This document shows positions 27,008 to 36,892 of a stretch of DNA of 64,000 bases, piece by piece; within the stretch, counting starts at the first letter, position 1; the number at the start of each line of letters is the position of its first letter. The position numbers were made by a program, and so were the translations under genes. Below the pieces are notes generated by a model, which had not been told where the DNA came from, made no database searches, and saw only the letters and a program-made list of their open reading frames with translations. This stretch comes from Oscillospiraceae bacterium (GTDB taxonomy: Bacteria > Bacillota > Clostridia > Oscillospirales > Oscillospiraceae): NCBI GenBank assembly GCA_021203045.1, contig JAJQBY010000119.1, forward strand, positions 1,927-65,926, written 5' to 3'.

Positions 27008-28480
27008 GTGGACAAAATCTATGAGGATATTGCCCGCAGGACGGACGGCGATATATATCTGGGCGTCGTCGGACCTGTTCGGACAGGGAAATCTACCTTT
27101 ATCAAGCGTTTTATGGAGACGCAGGTCATCCCCGGCATTGAAAATGTCTACCGCAAGGAACGGGCACGGGATGAGCTGCCTCAATCCGGCTCCGGCCGCA
27201 CCATTATGACCGCAGAGCCGAAATTCGTACCGGAGGAGGCAGTAGACATCTCTCTTGGAACAGAGACCTCTGCCTCCGTCCGGCTCATCGACTGTGTGGG
27301 CTACATGGTGCCAGGGGCCGAGGGACTATATGAAAACGGCGCCGAGCGGATGGTAACGACCCCGTGGTATGACCACGAGATACCAATGACGCAGGCGGCG
27401 GAGGAAGGAACGCACAAGGTCATCGCCGAGCATTCTACCATTGGCCTGGTCATAACCACCGACGGAAGCTTTGGGGATATTCCCCGGGAAAACTACACAG
27501 CCGCAGAGGAACGGATCGTCCGGGAGCTGCAAAGCATCGGCAAGCCCTTCGCCGTCATCCTGAATTCTGCCGTCCCGGAGTCCGGGGACGCAGCGGCTCT
27601 GGCGGAGGAGCTGGGCCGGAAATACAATGTACCCTGTATGGCGCTGAACTGCCAGGAGCTGACAGATGCAGAGATTCATGCCGTTATGAACGCAGTGCTG
27701 TTTCAGTTTCCCTTAAACGAGATATCCTTCTGGCTGCCTGCCTGGGTGGAGGCGCTGCCGGAGGACAGTGAGCTGAAGCAGACCCTGTATGGTATGTTTC
27801 TGGACGAGGGAACACGAATCAGCGTCCTGCGAGATGCCTATACCTGCCTGGCCGACATCGGGCAAAACGAGCTTGTCCGCGAGACCCGCATATCCGGGAT
27901 ACAGGCTGGAATCGGCACAGTAAGCGCTGTAGTGGAGCTGAAAAATGCGCTCTATTATCGCACCATCAGCGAGGAATCCGGATACGATATACAGGACGAC
28001 GGTGATCTGATGGAACTTCTGCGGTCGCTGAAAAGCCTGAAGCAGGAATATGACCATGTACACGAGGCACTGGCCCAGGCCCGGGAAACGGGCTACGGAA
28101 TTATCATGCCAGGCCCGGAGGATATGGTACTGGAGGAGCCGAAGATCATCAGCCGGGGCGGCCGATACAGCGTCCGGCTCAAGGCCAGTGCTCCGGCCAT
28201 TCATCTGTTTCGGACCCAGGTGGAAACGGAGGTGTCTCCGGCTGTTGGCGGGGAAAAAGCCAGCGAACAGATCGTCAGCTTTTTGCTTCAGGGCTTCGAC
28301 GGTGATATCAACCGCATCTGGGAATCCAATATTTTCGGAAAATCCCTGTATGACATTGCTGAAGACGGCCTTACCACCAAGCTCCGCCGTATGCCAGGCA
28401 ATATCCAGAATCGCCTGCGCACTACCATACAGCGCCTGGTAAACGATGGCGGCTACAGCCTTATCTGTATCATCATATAG
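27008..28480 (+). CDS. spoIVA: Stage IV sporulation protein A
   Basis: VDKIYEDIARRTDGDIYLGVVGPVRTGKSTFIKRFME parallels the B. subtilis SpoIVA N-terminus. GTG start with a GGAGGG RBS. Confidence 0.92.
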   Translation: MDKIYEDIARRTDGDIYLGVVGPVRTGKSTFIKRFMETQVIPGIENVYRKERARDELPQSGSGRTIMTAEPKFVPEEAVDISLGTETSASVRLIDCVGYMVPGAEGLYENGAERMVTTPWYDHEIPMTQAAEEGTHKVIAEHSTIGLVITTDGSFGDIPRENYTAAEERIVRELQSIGKPFAVILNSAVPESGDAAALAEELGRKYNVPCMALNCQELTDAEIHAVMNAVLFQFPLNEISFWLPAWVEALPEDSELKQTLYGMFLDEGTRISVLRDAYTCLADIGQNELVRETRISGIQAGIGTVSAVVELKNALYYRTISEESGYDIQDDGDLMELLRSLKSLKQEYDHVHEALAQARETGYGIIMPGPEDMVLEEPKIISRGGRYSVRLKASAPAIHLFRTQVETEVSPAVGGEKASEQIVSFLLQGFDGDINRIWESNIFGKSLYDIAEDGLTTKLRRMPGNIQNRLRTTIQRLVNDGGYSLICIII

Positions 28481-28563
28481 TGGGAGCAGCGTCAGGAGCG
28501 GCTGAGCCGGGACAGTATGCATGCCGGCCCAGCCGCCGGGCGCTTTCCCAATTCATAAAACAG

Positions 28564-28593
28564 TTGCATCCCGGCAGAGTCAAGCGGTATAAT
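28564..28593 (+). promoter_or_regulatory. Sigma-A-type promoter upstream of the aminotransferase gene
   Basis: TTGCAT - 18 nt - TATAAT. Confidence 0.5.
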
Positions 28594-28657
28594 GGAACTT
28601 ATAGAAAACAACAGTGTACCATCTCGCCCTATGATGCCATACAAAGGAGACGTCAAA

Positions 28658-29845
28658 ATGAGACCTTTATCCAAAATAGCTGCATCCCTCCAGCCTTCAG
28701 CCACCATGGCCGTGAATGCCAAGGTAAAGCAAATGCGCGCTGCGGGGGAGGTGGTGTTCAGCTTTGGCGGTGGGGAACCGGACTGGCCCACGCCGGAAAA
28801 TATATGTCAGGCCGGTATACAGGCTATTCAGTCCGGATACACAAAATATACACCGGCCTCCGGCGCACCGGAGCTGCGGACCGCGATCGCGGAAAGACTG
28901 AGAGCTGACTACGGTCTTGCATATGATAAGGAACAGATCATTGTCACCAGCGGCGGGAAACACGCCATTTATGTGGCGTTGTGCTGTCTGCTGGACCAGG
29001 GGGATGAGGTCGTGCTCCCGGCGCCCTACTGGGTCTCCTATCATGAAGCGATCCGCATGGCCGGCGGAACGCCGGTGGTCGTTTATGCATCAGAGGAGCA
29101 GGGCTTCAAGCTGACGGCCGCCCAGCTGGAGGCTGCCGTCACACCCAGGACAAAGCTGTTTCTTTTGAATAACCCGGGAAATCCCACCGGCGCAGTTTAT
29201 ACCGGGGAGGAGCTGGCGGCCCTGGCGGAGGTATGCAAAAAATTCGATTTGTATGTGCTTTCGGACGAGATGTACGGAAAGCTCGTGTACGACGACGCGG
29301 AGCTTGTCAGCTTCCCGTCCCTGAGCCAGGACGCCTATGACCGCACCGTGCTGATAAACGGCGCATCGAAGGCCTATGCCATGACCGGCTGGCGTATCGG
29401 CTATGCGGCAGCCCCTAAGCCCATTGCAGCGGCTATGGACGGATATCTGTCCCAATCCACCGGCGCGCCCCCGTCCATCAGTCAGGCGGCGGCCCTGGAG
29501 GCATTCTCCGGCCCGCAGGACGCAGTGGAGCAGATGCGCCGGGGATATGACGAACGGCGGAAATACCTTGTGGACAGGCTGAGCGCCATGGTGGGAGTAT
29601 CCTGCTCTATGCCCAAGGGGGCTTTTTACCTACTGATCGATATACGGCCCCAGCTTGGCCGGACGCTGGCAGGCCGGAAAATCGAAAACGATGCGGATTT
29701 CACCCAGGCTCTGCTGGAAGCGGAGCATGTGGCGGTGACCCCCGGAACAGCCTTTGACGCCCCGGGCTATGTTCGATGGTGCTATGCCTCCTCCATGGAG
29801 GAGACTGTGGAGGGACTGAACCGGCTGGAGCGATTCATCAGATAA
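28658..29845 (+). CDS. Class I/II pyridoxal-phosphate-dependent aminotransferase (aspartate aminotransferase-like)
   Basis: NNPGNPTG, SKAYAMTGWRIGY (PLP lysine). AAAGGAG RBS before the ATG at 28658. Confidence 0.85.
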   Translation: MRPLSKIAASLQPSATMAVNAKVKQMRAAGEVVFSFGGGEPDWPTPENICQAGIQAIQSGYTKYTPASGAPELRTAIAERLRADYGLAYDKEQIIVTSGGKHAIYVALCCLLDQGDEVVLPAPYWVSYHEAIRMAGGTPVVVYASEEQGFKLTAAQLEAAVTPRTKLFLLNNPGNPTGAVYTGEELAALAEVCKKFDLYVLSDEMYGKLVYDDAELVSFPSLSQDAYDRTVLINGASKAYAMTGWRIGYAAAPKPIAAAMDGYLSQSTGAPPSISQAAALEAFSGPQDAVEQMRRGYDERRKYLVDRLSAMVGVSCSMPKGAFYLLIDIRPQLGRTLAGRKIENDADFTQALLEAEHVAVTPGTAFDAPGYVRWCYASSMEETVEGLNRLERFIR

Positions 29846-29907
29846 ATTGAATACAAGAGGCGTCCATCTCATATAAGTTATTAAACGAGCAATGAGGTGG
29901 AGCGCGG

Positions 29908-30609
29908 ATGTTTGATAATGTAAAATGGTGGTATCTCCTGGTTCTGATCGTCCTGCTGGCAGGCGTGGCCCTGGCGCAGTCCTCTGATACGGAGGCGGCA
30001 GATGGGGCAGCCCCGGCCCCTGTGATGGTAATCGATGCAGGTCACGGGGGCGCGGACGGCGGCGCCGTGGCAGCGGATGGGACGCTGGAGAGCGATCTGA
30101 ACCTGGATATCGCCCTGCGGCTGGAAGCGCTGGCCGCCTTTTGGGGCGTGGACACGGTGATGACCCGGGACAGTGCGGAGATAGAATATCCCGCAGAGGC
30201 TACTACCCTGGCCGCCATGAAGCGGGCCGATCAGTATGCCCGTGCCGCGCTGGTAAATTCCACCGCCGGGGCCGTGCTTATCAGCATCCACCAAAATAAT
30301 TATCCGGCCGCCGCTCCATGGGGCATCCAGGTCTTTTATGGCAGCGTTTCGGGAAGCGACGCTCTGGCGGCGGTCCTACAGGAAAACCTGACCGGACAGC
30401 TGTGCAGCAACACCCGACGGCTGGCCGAGCCGATCGACAGCAGCATTTATCTCATGAAAAAGGTAAACTGCACCGCGGTCCTGGTGGAGTGTGGTTTTCT
30501 CTCCAATCCGGATGATCTGAGCCAGCTAAAGACCGGAGAATACCGCCTGGAGCTGGCTGCGGTCATCCTGGCCTCCTATCTGCAATATACACAAGGAATG
30601 ATAACATGA
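29908..30609 (+). CDS. cwlD: N-acetylmuramoyl-L-alanine amidase, CwlD-like (germination-specific)
   Basis: N-terminal TM segment, VIDAGHGGADGGAV...ESDLNLDIALRL, ISIHQN, ECGFLSNP. Confidence 0.75.
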   Translation: MFDNVKWWYLLVLIVLLAGVALAQSSDTEAADGAAPAPVMVIDAGHGGADGGAVAADGTLESDLNLDIALRLEALAAFWGVDTVMTRDSAEIEYPAEATTLAAMKRADQYARAALVNSTAGAVLISIHQNNYPAAAPWGIQVFYGSVSGSDALAAVLQENLTGQLCSNTRRLAEPIDSSIYLMKKVNCTAVLVECGFLSNPDDLSQLKTGEYRLELAAVILASYLQYTQGMIT

Positions 30610-31955
30610 AAGAAAAAACAGTTTTTTTCTGCTCCGCCTGTGGCCATGAAACGCCGCGTTGGCTGGGCCAGTGTCCCGCCTGCGGGGCCTGGAACACTAT
30701 GACAGAGGCCCCGGCTGCACCGAAAGCGGCGGCCAAGGCCCGTCCTGTCCGCCGGGCGGCGCCAAAGCGTCTTTCCGAGCTGGACAGCCATGACGACCCC
30801 CGTTTTTCCACAGGCATCCGGGAGCTTGACCGGGTGCTGGGCGGCGGCGCGGTGCGCGGGTCCATCGTCCTGTTCGGCGGTGCGCCGGGCATCGGCAAAT
30901 CAACGCTGCTGCTCCAGGCCTGCGGTTCCATCGCTCAGCAGGAAAAGATTCTGTATGTCACCGGCGAAGAGAGCGAGCGGCAGATAAAAATGCGGGCCGA
31001 GCGCCTTGGGGTGAGCCATGACAGCATTTATATCCTGGCGGGGACAGATATCAACGATATCATTGCCTCCATAGAGGAGCTTGGTCCGGAGCTTGTGATC
31101 GTGGATTCCATCCAGGCCATATACGACCCGGCGCTGAATACTGCCCCTGGAAGCGTCGCTCAGGTGAAGCAGTGCGCCATGGAGATCATGCAGCTTGCCA
31201 AAGCCTCAGGCTTTACCGCCTTCGTGGTAGGTCATGTGAATAAGGAGGGGGCCATTGCAGGGCCTAAGGTACTGGAGCATATGGTGGACTGTGTGCTCTA
31301 CTTTGAAGGGGACGGAAGTCTGAGCTACCGCATCCTGAGGGCGGAGAAAAACCGCTTCGGCTCTACCAATGAGATCGGCGTTTTTGAAATGTGCCGGGAG
31401 GGGCTGCGGGAGGTACCGAACCCCTCGGAGGTCATGCTGGCCGGACGGCCCACAGGCGTGCCGGGCACCTGCGTCGCATGCGTCATGGAGGGCAGCCGGC
31501 CCATTCTGGCAGAGGTACAGGCGCTGGTCACGCCCACCAGCTTTGCCGCTGCCCGCCGCACCTCCAACGGATTCGATTATAACCGGCTGTATCTGCTGCT
31601 GGCCGTGCTGGAAAAACGGGGCGGCATGCGGGTAAACGCCTGCGACGCTTATATGAATGTGGTGGGCGGCCTGACACTGGATGAGCCGGCTGCTGATCTG
31701 GCGGCCTGTCTCGCCATTGCTTCCAGCTTTCGGGACATCCCCATACCGGACAAGCTGGCCGCAGTGGGGGAGGTAGGTCTGACAGGGGAGATACGCAGTG
31801 TTCAGGCACTGGATCAGCGGCTGTCTGAGATCGCCCGGCTCGGCTTTACCCAGTGCGTCATTCCGTCCCGCGTCCGGGGCGGTTTGAAAAAGCCGGAGGG
31901 GCTGGAGCTTATCTATGTAAAAACACTGCGGGAGGCGGTGGAGAAAATCCTGTGA
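30606..31955 (+). CDS. radA: DNA repair protein RadA
   Basis: Zinc finger CSACGHETPRWLGQCPACGAWN, Walker A GAPGIGKST, KNRFG motif, Lon-like C-terminus. Confidence 0.95.
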   Translation: MKEKTVFFCSACGHETPRWLGQCPACGAWNTMTEAPAAPKAAAKARPVRRAAPKRLSELDSHDDPRFSTGIRELDRVLGGGAVRGSIVLFGGAPGIGKSTLLLQACGSIAQQEKILYVTGEESERQIKMRAERLGVSHDSIYILAGTDINDIIASIEELGPELVIVDSIQAIYDPALNTAPGSVAQVKQCAMEIMQLAKASGFTAFVVGHVNKEGAIAGPKVLEHMVDCVLYFEGDGSLSYRILRAEKNRFGSTNEIGVFEMCREGLREVPNPSEVMLAGRPTGVPGTCVACVMEGSRPILAEVQALVTPTSFAAARRTSNGFDYNRLYLLLAVLEKRGGMRVNACDAYMNVVGGLTLDEPAADLAACLAIASSFRDIPIPDKLAAVGEVGLTGEIRSVQALDQRLSEIARLGFTQCVIPSRVRGGLKKPEGLELIYVKTLREAVEKIL

Positions 31956-32653
31956 TCTATCTGATAGGCTCACGATACATGAACGATCTGGCCGGGCCCC
32001 TTGGACCGGCTGGGAGCAGCTGTAAGCTGGCTGCCCGACGCCCCAGAGCTGGACAGCCGTCTGGCAGGGCACGCCGATCTGCAGATTTTTGCCGCCAATG
32101 GGCAGGCTGTTGTGGGGGCAGGGATACCTTATCATATTGTGAATATATTAACTAATAGGGGGTGTTCCATTCAGACTTCCATATCGCAGGGGCCGGACTA
32201 TCCGGCGGATGTGGGCCTGTGTATCTGCGACACAGGAAGGTATCTGCTATACAATCCCAGGACTGCTGCGCCGCAGGCGGTGGCGCTGTCCCACAGTCAC
32301 AGGATACCAGTAGCCCAGGGCTATACCAGATGCGCTGTATGTATCGTGACCGAGCGGGCCGTTATCACAGCTGACCACGGTATCGTCCGGGCTGTATCCA
32401 ATAATAATATAGAATAGATATGGATGTGCTGGAGATCACGCCGGGCTATATCGAGCTGAGCGGCTACCAGTATGGCTTCATCGGCGGCGCATCGTTCAGG
32501 CTGGATGCGCACACCATCGCATTTACCGGAACGCTGGACAGACACCCAGATAAAATGCGCATTCTGTCATTTCTGGCCAAGCACAGCGTAAAACCGGTCT
32601 TTCTGACCGACAGACCCTTATTTGACGTCGGCGGCGCAGTATTGCTTCAATAA
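31952..32653 (+). pseudogene. Conserved clostridial gene following radA (recalled as DUF6873-like), split across frames
   Basis: The family-like sequence (…QGYTRCAVCIVTERAVITADHGI… / …ITPGYIELSGYQYGFIGGASF…) sits in ORFs 32001..32417 and 32420..32653 in different frames. A possible N-terminal piece starts at GTG 31952 (GTGA overlap with radA) in a third segment. See the repeat at 32409..32418. Confidence 0.55.
32409..32418 (+). repeat. Perfect 5-bp tandem duplication ATAGA-ATAGA creating a frameshift and a TAG stop
   Basis: Read directly: aataataat ATAGA ATAGA tatggatgtg. Deleting one copy joins ...SNNNI-DMDVLEITPG... in one frame (653-5 = 648 nt from 32001). Confidence 0.85.
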
Positions 32654-32672
32654 GCCGTTCGCCCCTCCCCTA

Positions 32673-32705
32673 AATTCGGCATAATATTAATTATGCCGAA
32701 TTTTT
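32673..32705 (+). terminator. Rho-independent terminator
   Basis: 13-bp perfect stem aattcggcataat / attatgccgaatt, loop atta, then ttt. Confidence 0.85.
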
Positions 32706-32772
32706 AGTCAGTTTGCCTATGGACAAAGAGCGCCTCCCTCTGCTATCATGGAAGCATCGGGAGGCTTTTCAT

Positions 32773-33753
32773 ATGACGAACTACAAAGACGATTCATCCC
32801 AGCCCATGCGTGAATTTCTGGTGTATCACGACACGATCAAGGGCCAATCCGGAGCCACGGTCGATTCCTATTATCTGGACCTGCGGACCTTTACCCGCTG
32901 GCTGTATATCGATCGGAACCTGGTGCCCAGGGACACGCCTATGGAGGACATCGACATCACCGGAGCAACATTGGAGCTTTACGGCTCTGTTACACTGACC
33001 GAGGTCTATGACTTTCTGGCGTACCTGTCCCGTGACCGGATGCTGAACGCCGCTTCACGGGCCAGGATGATCACCACCTTGAAGGGCTTTTACAAATACT
33101 TCACCGTCAAGACCAAAGCGTTGTCCACGAACCCGGTGGAAACGCTGGATGCTCCGAAGCTGCAAAAATCCCTCCCCCGCTATCTGACGCTGGAGGAAAG
33201 CCAGCGGCTCCTCTCTGCGGTGGACGGAAAAAACAAGGAACGGGATTACTGCATCCTGTGCCTTTTCCTCAACTGCGGCCTACGTATCTCCGAGATGCGG
33301 GCGCTGGACCTGACGGATATCCGTCAGGACTGCCTGCTGATACACGGCAAGGGCAACAAGGAGCGCATCGTATATCTGAACAGCGCCGCCATACAGGCCA
33401 TAGACGACTGGCTCGCCGTGCGCAGGACCATCGCCGCCCTGGATGAAAATGCCGTGTTCCTCTCCAATCGACGCAGGCGCATGAGCGTTGACGCCATTCA
33501 GGTCATGGTACACAATACCCTTCTGAAGGCCGGGCTGGACGCTGAGCAATACTCCCCCCACAAGCTCCGCCACACCGCCGCTACCCTGATGCTGCAAAAC
33601 GGCGTGGATGTCCGTACGCTGCAGGAGGTCCTGGGCCATGAAAATCTGAACACTACACAGATTTATACTCATATCGCAAACGAGGAGCTTCAATATGCGG
33701 CTGCGGCCAATCCCCTGGCGGAATTCAGGCCGGAGGAAAAAACGGACGAATGA
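32773..33753 (+). CDS. Tyrosine recombinase, XerC/XerD family
   Basis: C-terminal catalytic region HKLRHTAATLMLQNGVDVRTLQEVLGHENLNTTQIYTHI, ARDYCILCLFLNCGLRISE (Arg I). GGGAGG RBS before the ATG at 32773. Confidence 0.85.
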   Translation: MTNYKDDSSQPMREFLVYHDTIKGQSGATVDSYYLDLRTFTRWLYIDRNLVPRDTPMEDIDITGATLELYGSVTLTEVYDFLAYLSRDRMLNAASRARMITTLKGFYKYFTVKTKALSTNPVETLDAPKLQKSLPRYLTLEESQRLLSAVDGKNKERDYCILCLFLNCGLRISEMRALDLTDIRQDCLLIHGKGNKERIVYLNSAAIQAIDDWLAVRRTIAALDENAVFLSNRRRRMSVDAIQVMVHNTLLKAGLDAEQYSPHKLRHTAATLMLQNGVDVRTLQEVLGHENLNTTQIYTHIANEELQYAAAANPLAEFRPEEKTDE

Positions 33754-33812
33754 CCCGTAAATCAGCATACCATGCCTGACCGGTGCAGCAAAGCAGCTGC
33801 CTCGTCAGGCAT

Positions 33813-34513
33813 TTATCTGTTCCCCAACGGCTGCTCCGGCTTTATCAGCAAAACGCATATAGGCATGGATATAGCCGCGGTCAAAACAGCGGCATAGGTC
33901 TCGGAAAACCAGGGCGCGACAGGATAGCTGCCGGTAACAAGCTCTATGGCGGTCCACATGACCGCAGCGATCGCGGTCAGGAGCATGCTGGCCACGGCAG
34001 CCCGCTGGTGCGCCCGTTTCCAGTATATCCCATAAAGAATGATGATGAAGATGGCGCCACGGAGGGCGTAGGCTCCATATACCATATCCAGTATCTGCCC
34101 CGCGTCCACCAGCAGGACAGCTCCCACGGCGCAGATGATGCCGGCAGCGGCTACGGCAGCCCGGTTTATCCGTAGCAGAGACGCCTCCGATCTCTCCCTG
34201 AGCGAGCATATATCCTGGCTGAACATCGTCCCCACAGCCAGAAAGATTGGCGACGCGGTGGAAAATATCGCCGCCAGTATAGCCGCCAGCACCGGCTGTA
34301 TGCCCGCCTGGGCGGTACAGGCGCCCAGCATGGAGGCGATAATCCAGGACAGCACCTTTCCCCGGCAGAGGTGCACACGATGGCCGGGATACCAAGACCT
34401 GCCCCGCGAAAGGCAGCCCCTGTCCCGGCCCTGCTCTGGGCGCGGCATACGATCACTCCTATCCCCACTGTAGCTGCCGCATAGGCAGCTACGATCCAAA
34501 CCTGCAGGCTCAA
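33813..34513 (-). pseudogene. Remnant of a sodium:solute symporter (SSS family) gene with an internal deletion and frame change
   Basis: An SSS-like N-terminus (MSLQVWIVAAYAAATVGIGVIV...) lies in frame of ORF 34166..34513. An SSS-like C-terminal third (…AAILAAIFSTASPIFLAVGTMFSQDI…YGIYWKRA…) lies in the other frame (33813..34499). Total length is about 700 bp versus about 1.4-1.5 kb expected. Confidence 0.55.
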
Positions 34514-34704
34514 GGCCTATTCATCTCACTTTCCCGAAATTCTCATTTAGTTAACTAACATTTGTATTATACCAAGGTTTTATATATGTGTCAACGTATG
34601 CCTGTCCCCGGGGAGAAAAGGTTGCCCCCGGCCCAAAATGGTAGTATACTATTATGAGCGAAACACAAGGCGATCAAAATGAAATATAATGGGAGCTCAC
34701 TACT

Positions 34705-35937
34705 ATGAAATATTTACTGGTCATCGGCGACGGCATGGCGGACAATCCTGTGCCGGAGTTGGGAAACAAGACACCGCTGGAGGTGGCGGACAAGCCGGTC
34801 ATCGACGATCTGTCCCGCCGGGGCGTTCTGGGAAGCGTGGTCAACTGCCCTAAGCAGTTCGAGCCGGGCAGCGCTACGGCCATCATGTCCATTTTCGGGG
34901 CCTCTCCCCTGCGGTATTACCATGGCCGGGGGCCGCTGGAGGCCGCCGCGCAGGGCGTGAAGCTGGCAGACGGAGACATGGCCTGCCGCTGCAATATGGT
35001 CACATTGGAGGATGCAGACGTTCCCTACAGCCAGCGGCGTATCCTGTCCCACAGCGCCGGCTCCATCGAGGGAGACGTGTCCGACCGGCTGATCACGGAG
35101 CTTTGGGCCAGTCCGGAATTTTCTGCTCTGGCGGAAAAATACCGCGTCAGCATTAATCCCGGCTCCTCCTTCCGGCATTTTGCCGTTATGAGCGGCGCGG
35201 ATATCACGGGCATTAAGCTCATCCCGCCCCACGATCATCTGGGGGAGGTCATCGGGCCTCTGGCCCCCTCCGGCTGCGCCGCAGCCCAGGCGCTGGAGGA
35301 GCTGCAGGAGGCGGCCTTCCGTTTCCTTGACCATCACCCTCTGAACGAGGAGCGCCGTGCCGCCGGGAAAATGCCCGCCAACGCCATATGGTTCTGGGCG
35401 GAGGGCACCGCCGCTGTGCTGCCCGATTTCCAGAAAAAATACGGTCACACCGGCGAGGTGGTATCCGCCGTCCCCCTGGTGCAGGGCATAGCGAAGCTGT
35501 CCGGCCTGCCAGCCCCCGTCGTCCCCGGCGTAACGGGAGAGATCGATACCAACTGGGAGGGCAAATGCGAAAAGACAATCGAGATACTCTCCCGCTGCGA
35601 TTTTGCCGCGCTGCATGTGGAGGCGCCCGATGAGTGCACCCACAACGGGGACACCCCGGGCAAGCTGCAAAGCATTGAGTGGCTGGACAGCCGGGAGGTC
35701 TCCCCTATCGTAAAATGGCTTCAGAGCTGCGGAGAGGATTACCGCATTCTCATTCTGTCCGACCACAAAACGCTGACCTCCAACCGCGCCCATGACGGCG
35801 ATCCCGTGCCCTTCCTGATATACGACAGCCGGGAGCCGAAATGCTCCGGCCTGTCCTATACAGAGGCCAACGGCCTGAAGACCGGCATCAATCTGCCGGA
35901 CGGCACGGTACTGCTGAACATGCTGTTTGAGACATGA
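34705..35937 (+). CDS. Cofactor-independent phosphoglycerate mutase, archaeal-type (ApgM family)
   Basis: MKYLLVIGDGMADNPVPELGNKTPLEVADKPVIDDLSRRG..., HVEAPDECTHNGD, LSDHKT. Confidence 0.8.
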   Translation: MKYLLVIGDGMADNPVPELGNKTPLEVADKPVIDDLSRRGVLGSVVNCPKQFEPGSATAIMSIFGASPLRYYHGRGPLEAAAQGVKLADGDMACRCNMVTLEDADVPYSQRRILSHSAGSIEGDVSDRLITELWASPEFSALAEKYRVSINPGSSFRHFAVMSGADITGIKLIPPHDHLGEVIGPLAPSGCAAAQALEELQEAAFRFLDHHPLNEERRAAGKMPANAIWFWAEGTAAVLPDFQKKYGHTGEVVSAVPLVQGIAKLSGLPAPVVPGVTGEIDTNWEGKCEKTIEILSRCDFAALHVEAPDECTHNGDTPGKLQSIEWLDSREVSPIVKWLQSCGEDYRILILSDHKTLTSNRAHDGDPVPFLIYDSREPKCSGLSYTEANGLKTGINLPDGTVLLNMLFET

Positions 35938-36797
35938 TCGTTCATGCCAACGGAAAGCTGAACCTGTCCCTGGATGTGCTTGGACGTGCTACCGGAGGCT
36001 ATCACGACCTGCGCATGGTCATGCAGTCCGTAGCCTTCGGGGATGACCTGGACATAAGCCTTACAGAGGACGGCTCGTTTTATATCGACCCCGGCCAGCG
36101 GTATCTGCCCAAGGACGAGAAAAACCTGGCGCTCCGGGCCGCGCGGCTCTTTCTGGAGGGCACGGGCCTGGGGGCCAGGATACGGGTGACGAAGCGCCTG
36201 CCGGTATGCGCCGGACTGGGCGGCGGCTCAGCGGACGCCGCCGCCGTATTGGTGGCGCTGAACCGGATGACCGGCGCGGGGAAAACCACAGCGGAGCTGT
36301 GCGAGATGGGCCTGCAGCTGGGCAGCGATGTGCCCTTCTGCGTCCGGGGCGGCACAGCGCTTGCGGAGGGCCGGGGAGAAAAGCTGACTCCCCTGCCTGC
36401 CCTGCCGGACTGCCCCATTGTCATATGCAAGCCGTCCTTTGCCATCTCCACCCCGGAGCTGTTTGGCCGCATCGACGCAAGACGCAGCCGCCTGCGGCCG
36501 GATACCAGGGGCCTTCTGGCTGCCCTGGAGCAGCAGGACCTGTACGGCGTGGCCCGGCGGATGTATAACGTATTCGAGGACGTGCTGGATCGCCGCCAAA
36601 GCGCTGTGCCGGCCATAAAGCGCCAGCTCATCGATCTGGGTGCGGTCAATGCGGTCATGACCGGCACCGGCAGCGCCGTTTTCGGTCTGTTCGATGACGA
36701 GAGGACCGCCAGGGACGCAGTAGACGCCCTGTCCCCCGCTTATCAGAGCTGCGTGCTCACCCGCCCGGCAGGGGCCGGATGCGTGTGCAGGGAGTGA
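35934..36797 (+). CDS. ispE: 4-diphosphocytidyl-2-C-methyl-D-erythritol kinase
   Basis: AKLNLSLDV, GHMP kinase motif PVCAGLGGGSADAAA. Confidence 0.9.
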   Translation: MIVHANGKLNLSLDVLGRATGGYHDLRMVMQSVAFGDDLDISLTEDGSFYIDPGQRYLPKDEKNLALRAARLFLEGTGLGARIRVTKRLPVCAGLGGGSADAAAVLVALNRMTGAGKTTAELCEMGLQLGSDVPFCVRGGTALAEGRGEKLTPLPALPDCPIVICKPSFAISTPELFGRIDARRSRLRPDTRGLLAALEQQDLYGVARRMYNVFEDVLDRRQSAVPAIKRQLIDLGAVNAVMTGTGSAVFGLFDDERTARDAVDALSPAYQSCVLTRPAGAGCVCRE

Positions 36798-36847
36798 GCC
36801 TCAGGTCTGCAAGCAGCACGGGAGATCAGATACAGACGAACATACGA

Positions 36848-36883
36848 ATGCGGCGCAACGGCAAAAAGCTCGTTGCGCCGCAT
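36848..36883. terminator. Bidirectional hairpin terminator between convergent ispE and sigK
   Basis: 12-bp perfect stem atgcggcgcaac / gttgcgccgcat. Confidence 0.7.
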
Positions 36884-36892
36884 TGCATTTTC

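Noticed and set aside
32773-33753. XerC/D-family recombinase as the integrase of an integrated element
   Set aside because: I saw no phage, ICE or cargo genes and no direct repeats flanking it. The domain layout fits a chromosomal Xer-type recombinase. The adjacent symporter remnant is noted separately, but a causal link is unsupported.
34714-35793. 359-aa minus-strand ORF opposite the phosphoglycerate mutase gene. Comparable cases are 1165..2217, 5877..6953, 36779..37579, 41694..42512, 50579..52195, 59315..60403 and 61547..62635
   Set aside because: All are antisense to genes with clear family signatures, and none has a motif or a plausible RBS.
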